Part shown: one piece after another, positions 63,469 through 64,000 of the stretch | How positions within the stretch are numbered: position 1 is the first letter of the stretch | Layout: each line of letters begins with the position of its first letter | NCBI RefSeq assembly: GCF_964355755.1 | Contig: NC_092672.1 | Location: 34,602,437-34,666,436 of the forward strand | DNA: 64,000 bases | Origin: Antedon mediterranea | Taxonomy: Eukaryota; Animalia; Echinodermata | Direction: 5' to 3' | The notes under the pieces: model-generated | Database searches by the model: none | Told to the model about the DNA's origin: nothing | The model's input: only the letters and a program-made list of their open reading frames with translations | Position numbers and translations under genes: made by a program

Positions 63469-64000
63469 TATTTTCTGGGGGTTTCCACAGCTCATGTTCC
63501 CTGTAGTAAAAGATATTTTGTAATATGAGCATTTTTTAAAGTTATAATGTTACAAATTATGATTAATTTGGTTTTTTAAAATTGCCAAAATTTGCATGTT
63601 TATAACTATAAAGTTCTGTGAAAAATCTTGTATTTTGTAGCAGCATTTACAACTAAAGAGCATACCGATAATTTACAGTATATTGTTTACAATGTTTTGA
63701 TGATGAAGATACCATACATAGATTAATCATAGTCAATCTACCTCATTTATGACGTCACAAATGTAATAACTTGCAATGAAGGGGAAGCTATCCATAATAT
63801 ATGGTTCAAGGTGCCATATTGACATCTAAAATGTGTAATCATTTACCCGTAGGCCAATTAAGACTTGCATTAAAACACATTTACAAACTATGTTTGTTGT
63901 CAATTGTCCACGATATTCTTTACTAAACTCTATTAGTTTATATATATTAACGAAAAAAAAAAAATATAATATTTGACATTGACAACATTTTATTGACCTG

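Overview
AT-rich, intron-containing animal genomic DNA, not prokaryotic. An invertebrate deuterostome such as an echinoderm is my inference from the repeat and promoter signatures. The first 20 kb is a housekeeping cluster reconstructed exon by exon from GT/AG junctions: the 5' part of TYW1 (minus, 4 exons, runs off the window start), head-to-head with malectin (plus, 4 exons, 275 aa), which converges on RAD1 (minus, 8 exons, 282 aa). 20-58 kb is gene-poor and CpG-richer, with one single-coding-exon class A peptide GPCR (45355-46488), a 5'-truncated Rex1/Babar-type LINE, and many non-autonomous elements (PIF/Harbinger-like MITEs, Helentron-type HINEs, a TGT..ACA Ginger-like element, MetaSINE-like fragments). 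The most unusual items are: an unexplained ~450-bp GC-rich, hairpin-rich island between malectin and RAD1 whose ends pair (candidate ncRNA or element); a 174-bp tandem array in RAD1 intron 6 that copies the exon-6 splice donor six times; a 2 x 730-bp palindrome; a five-fold repeat of the GPCR C-terminus and stop codon; and AGGCCTAG clusters just downstream of the housekeeping first exons. I cannot claim a new biological system with confidence.
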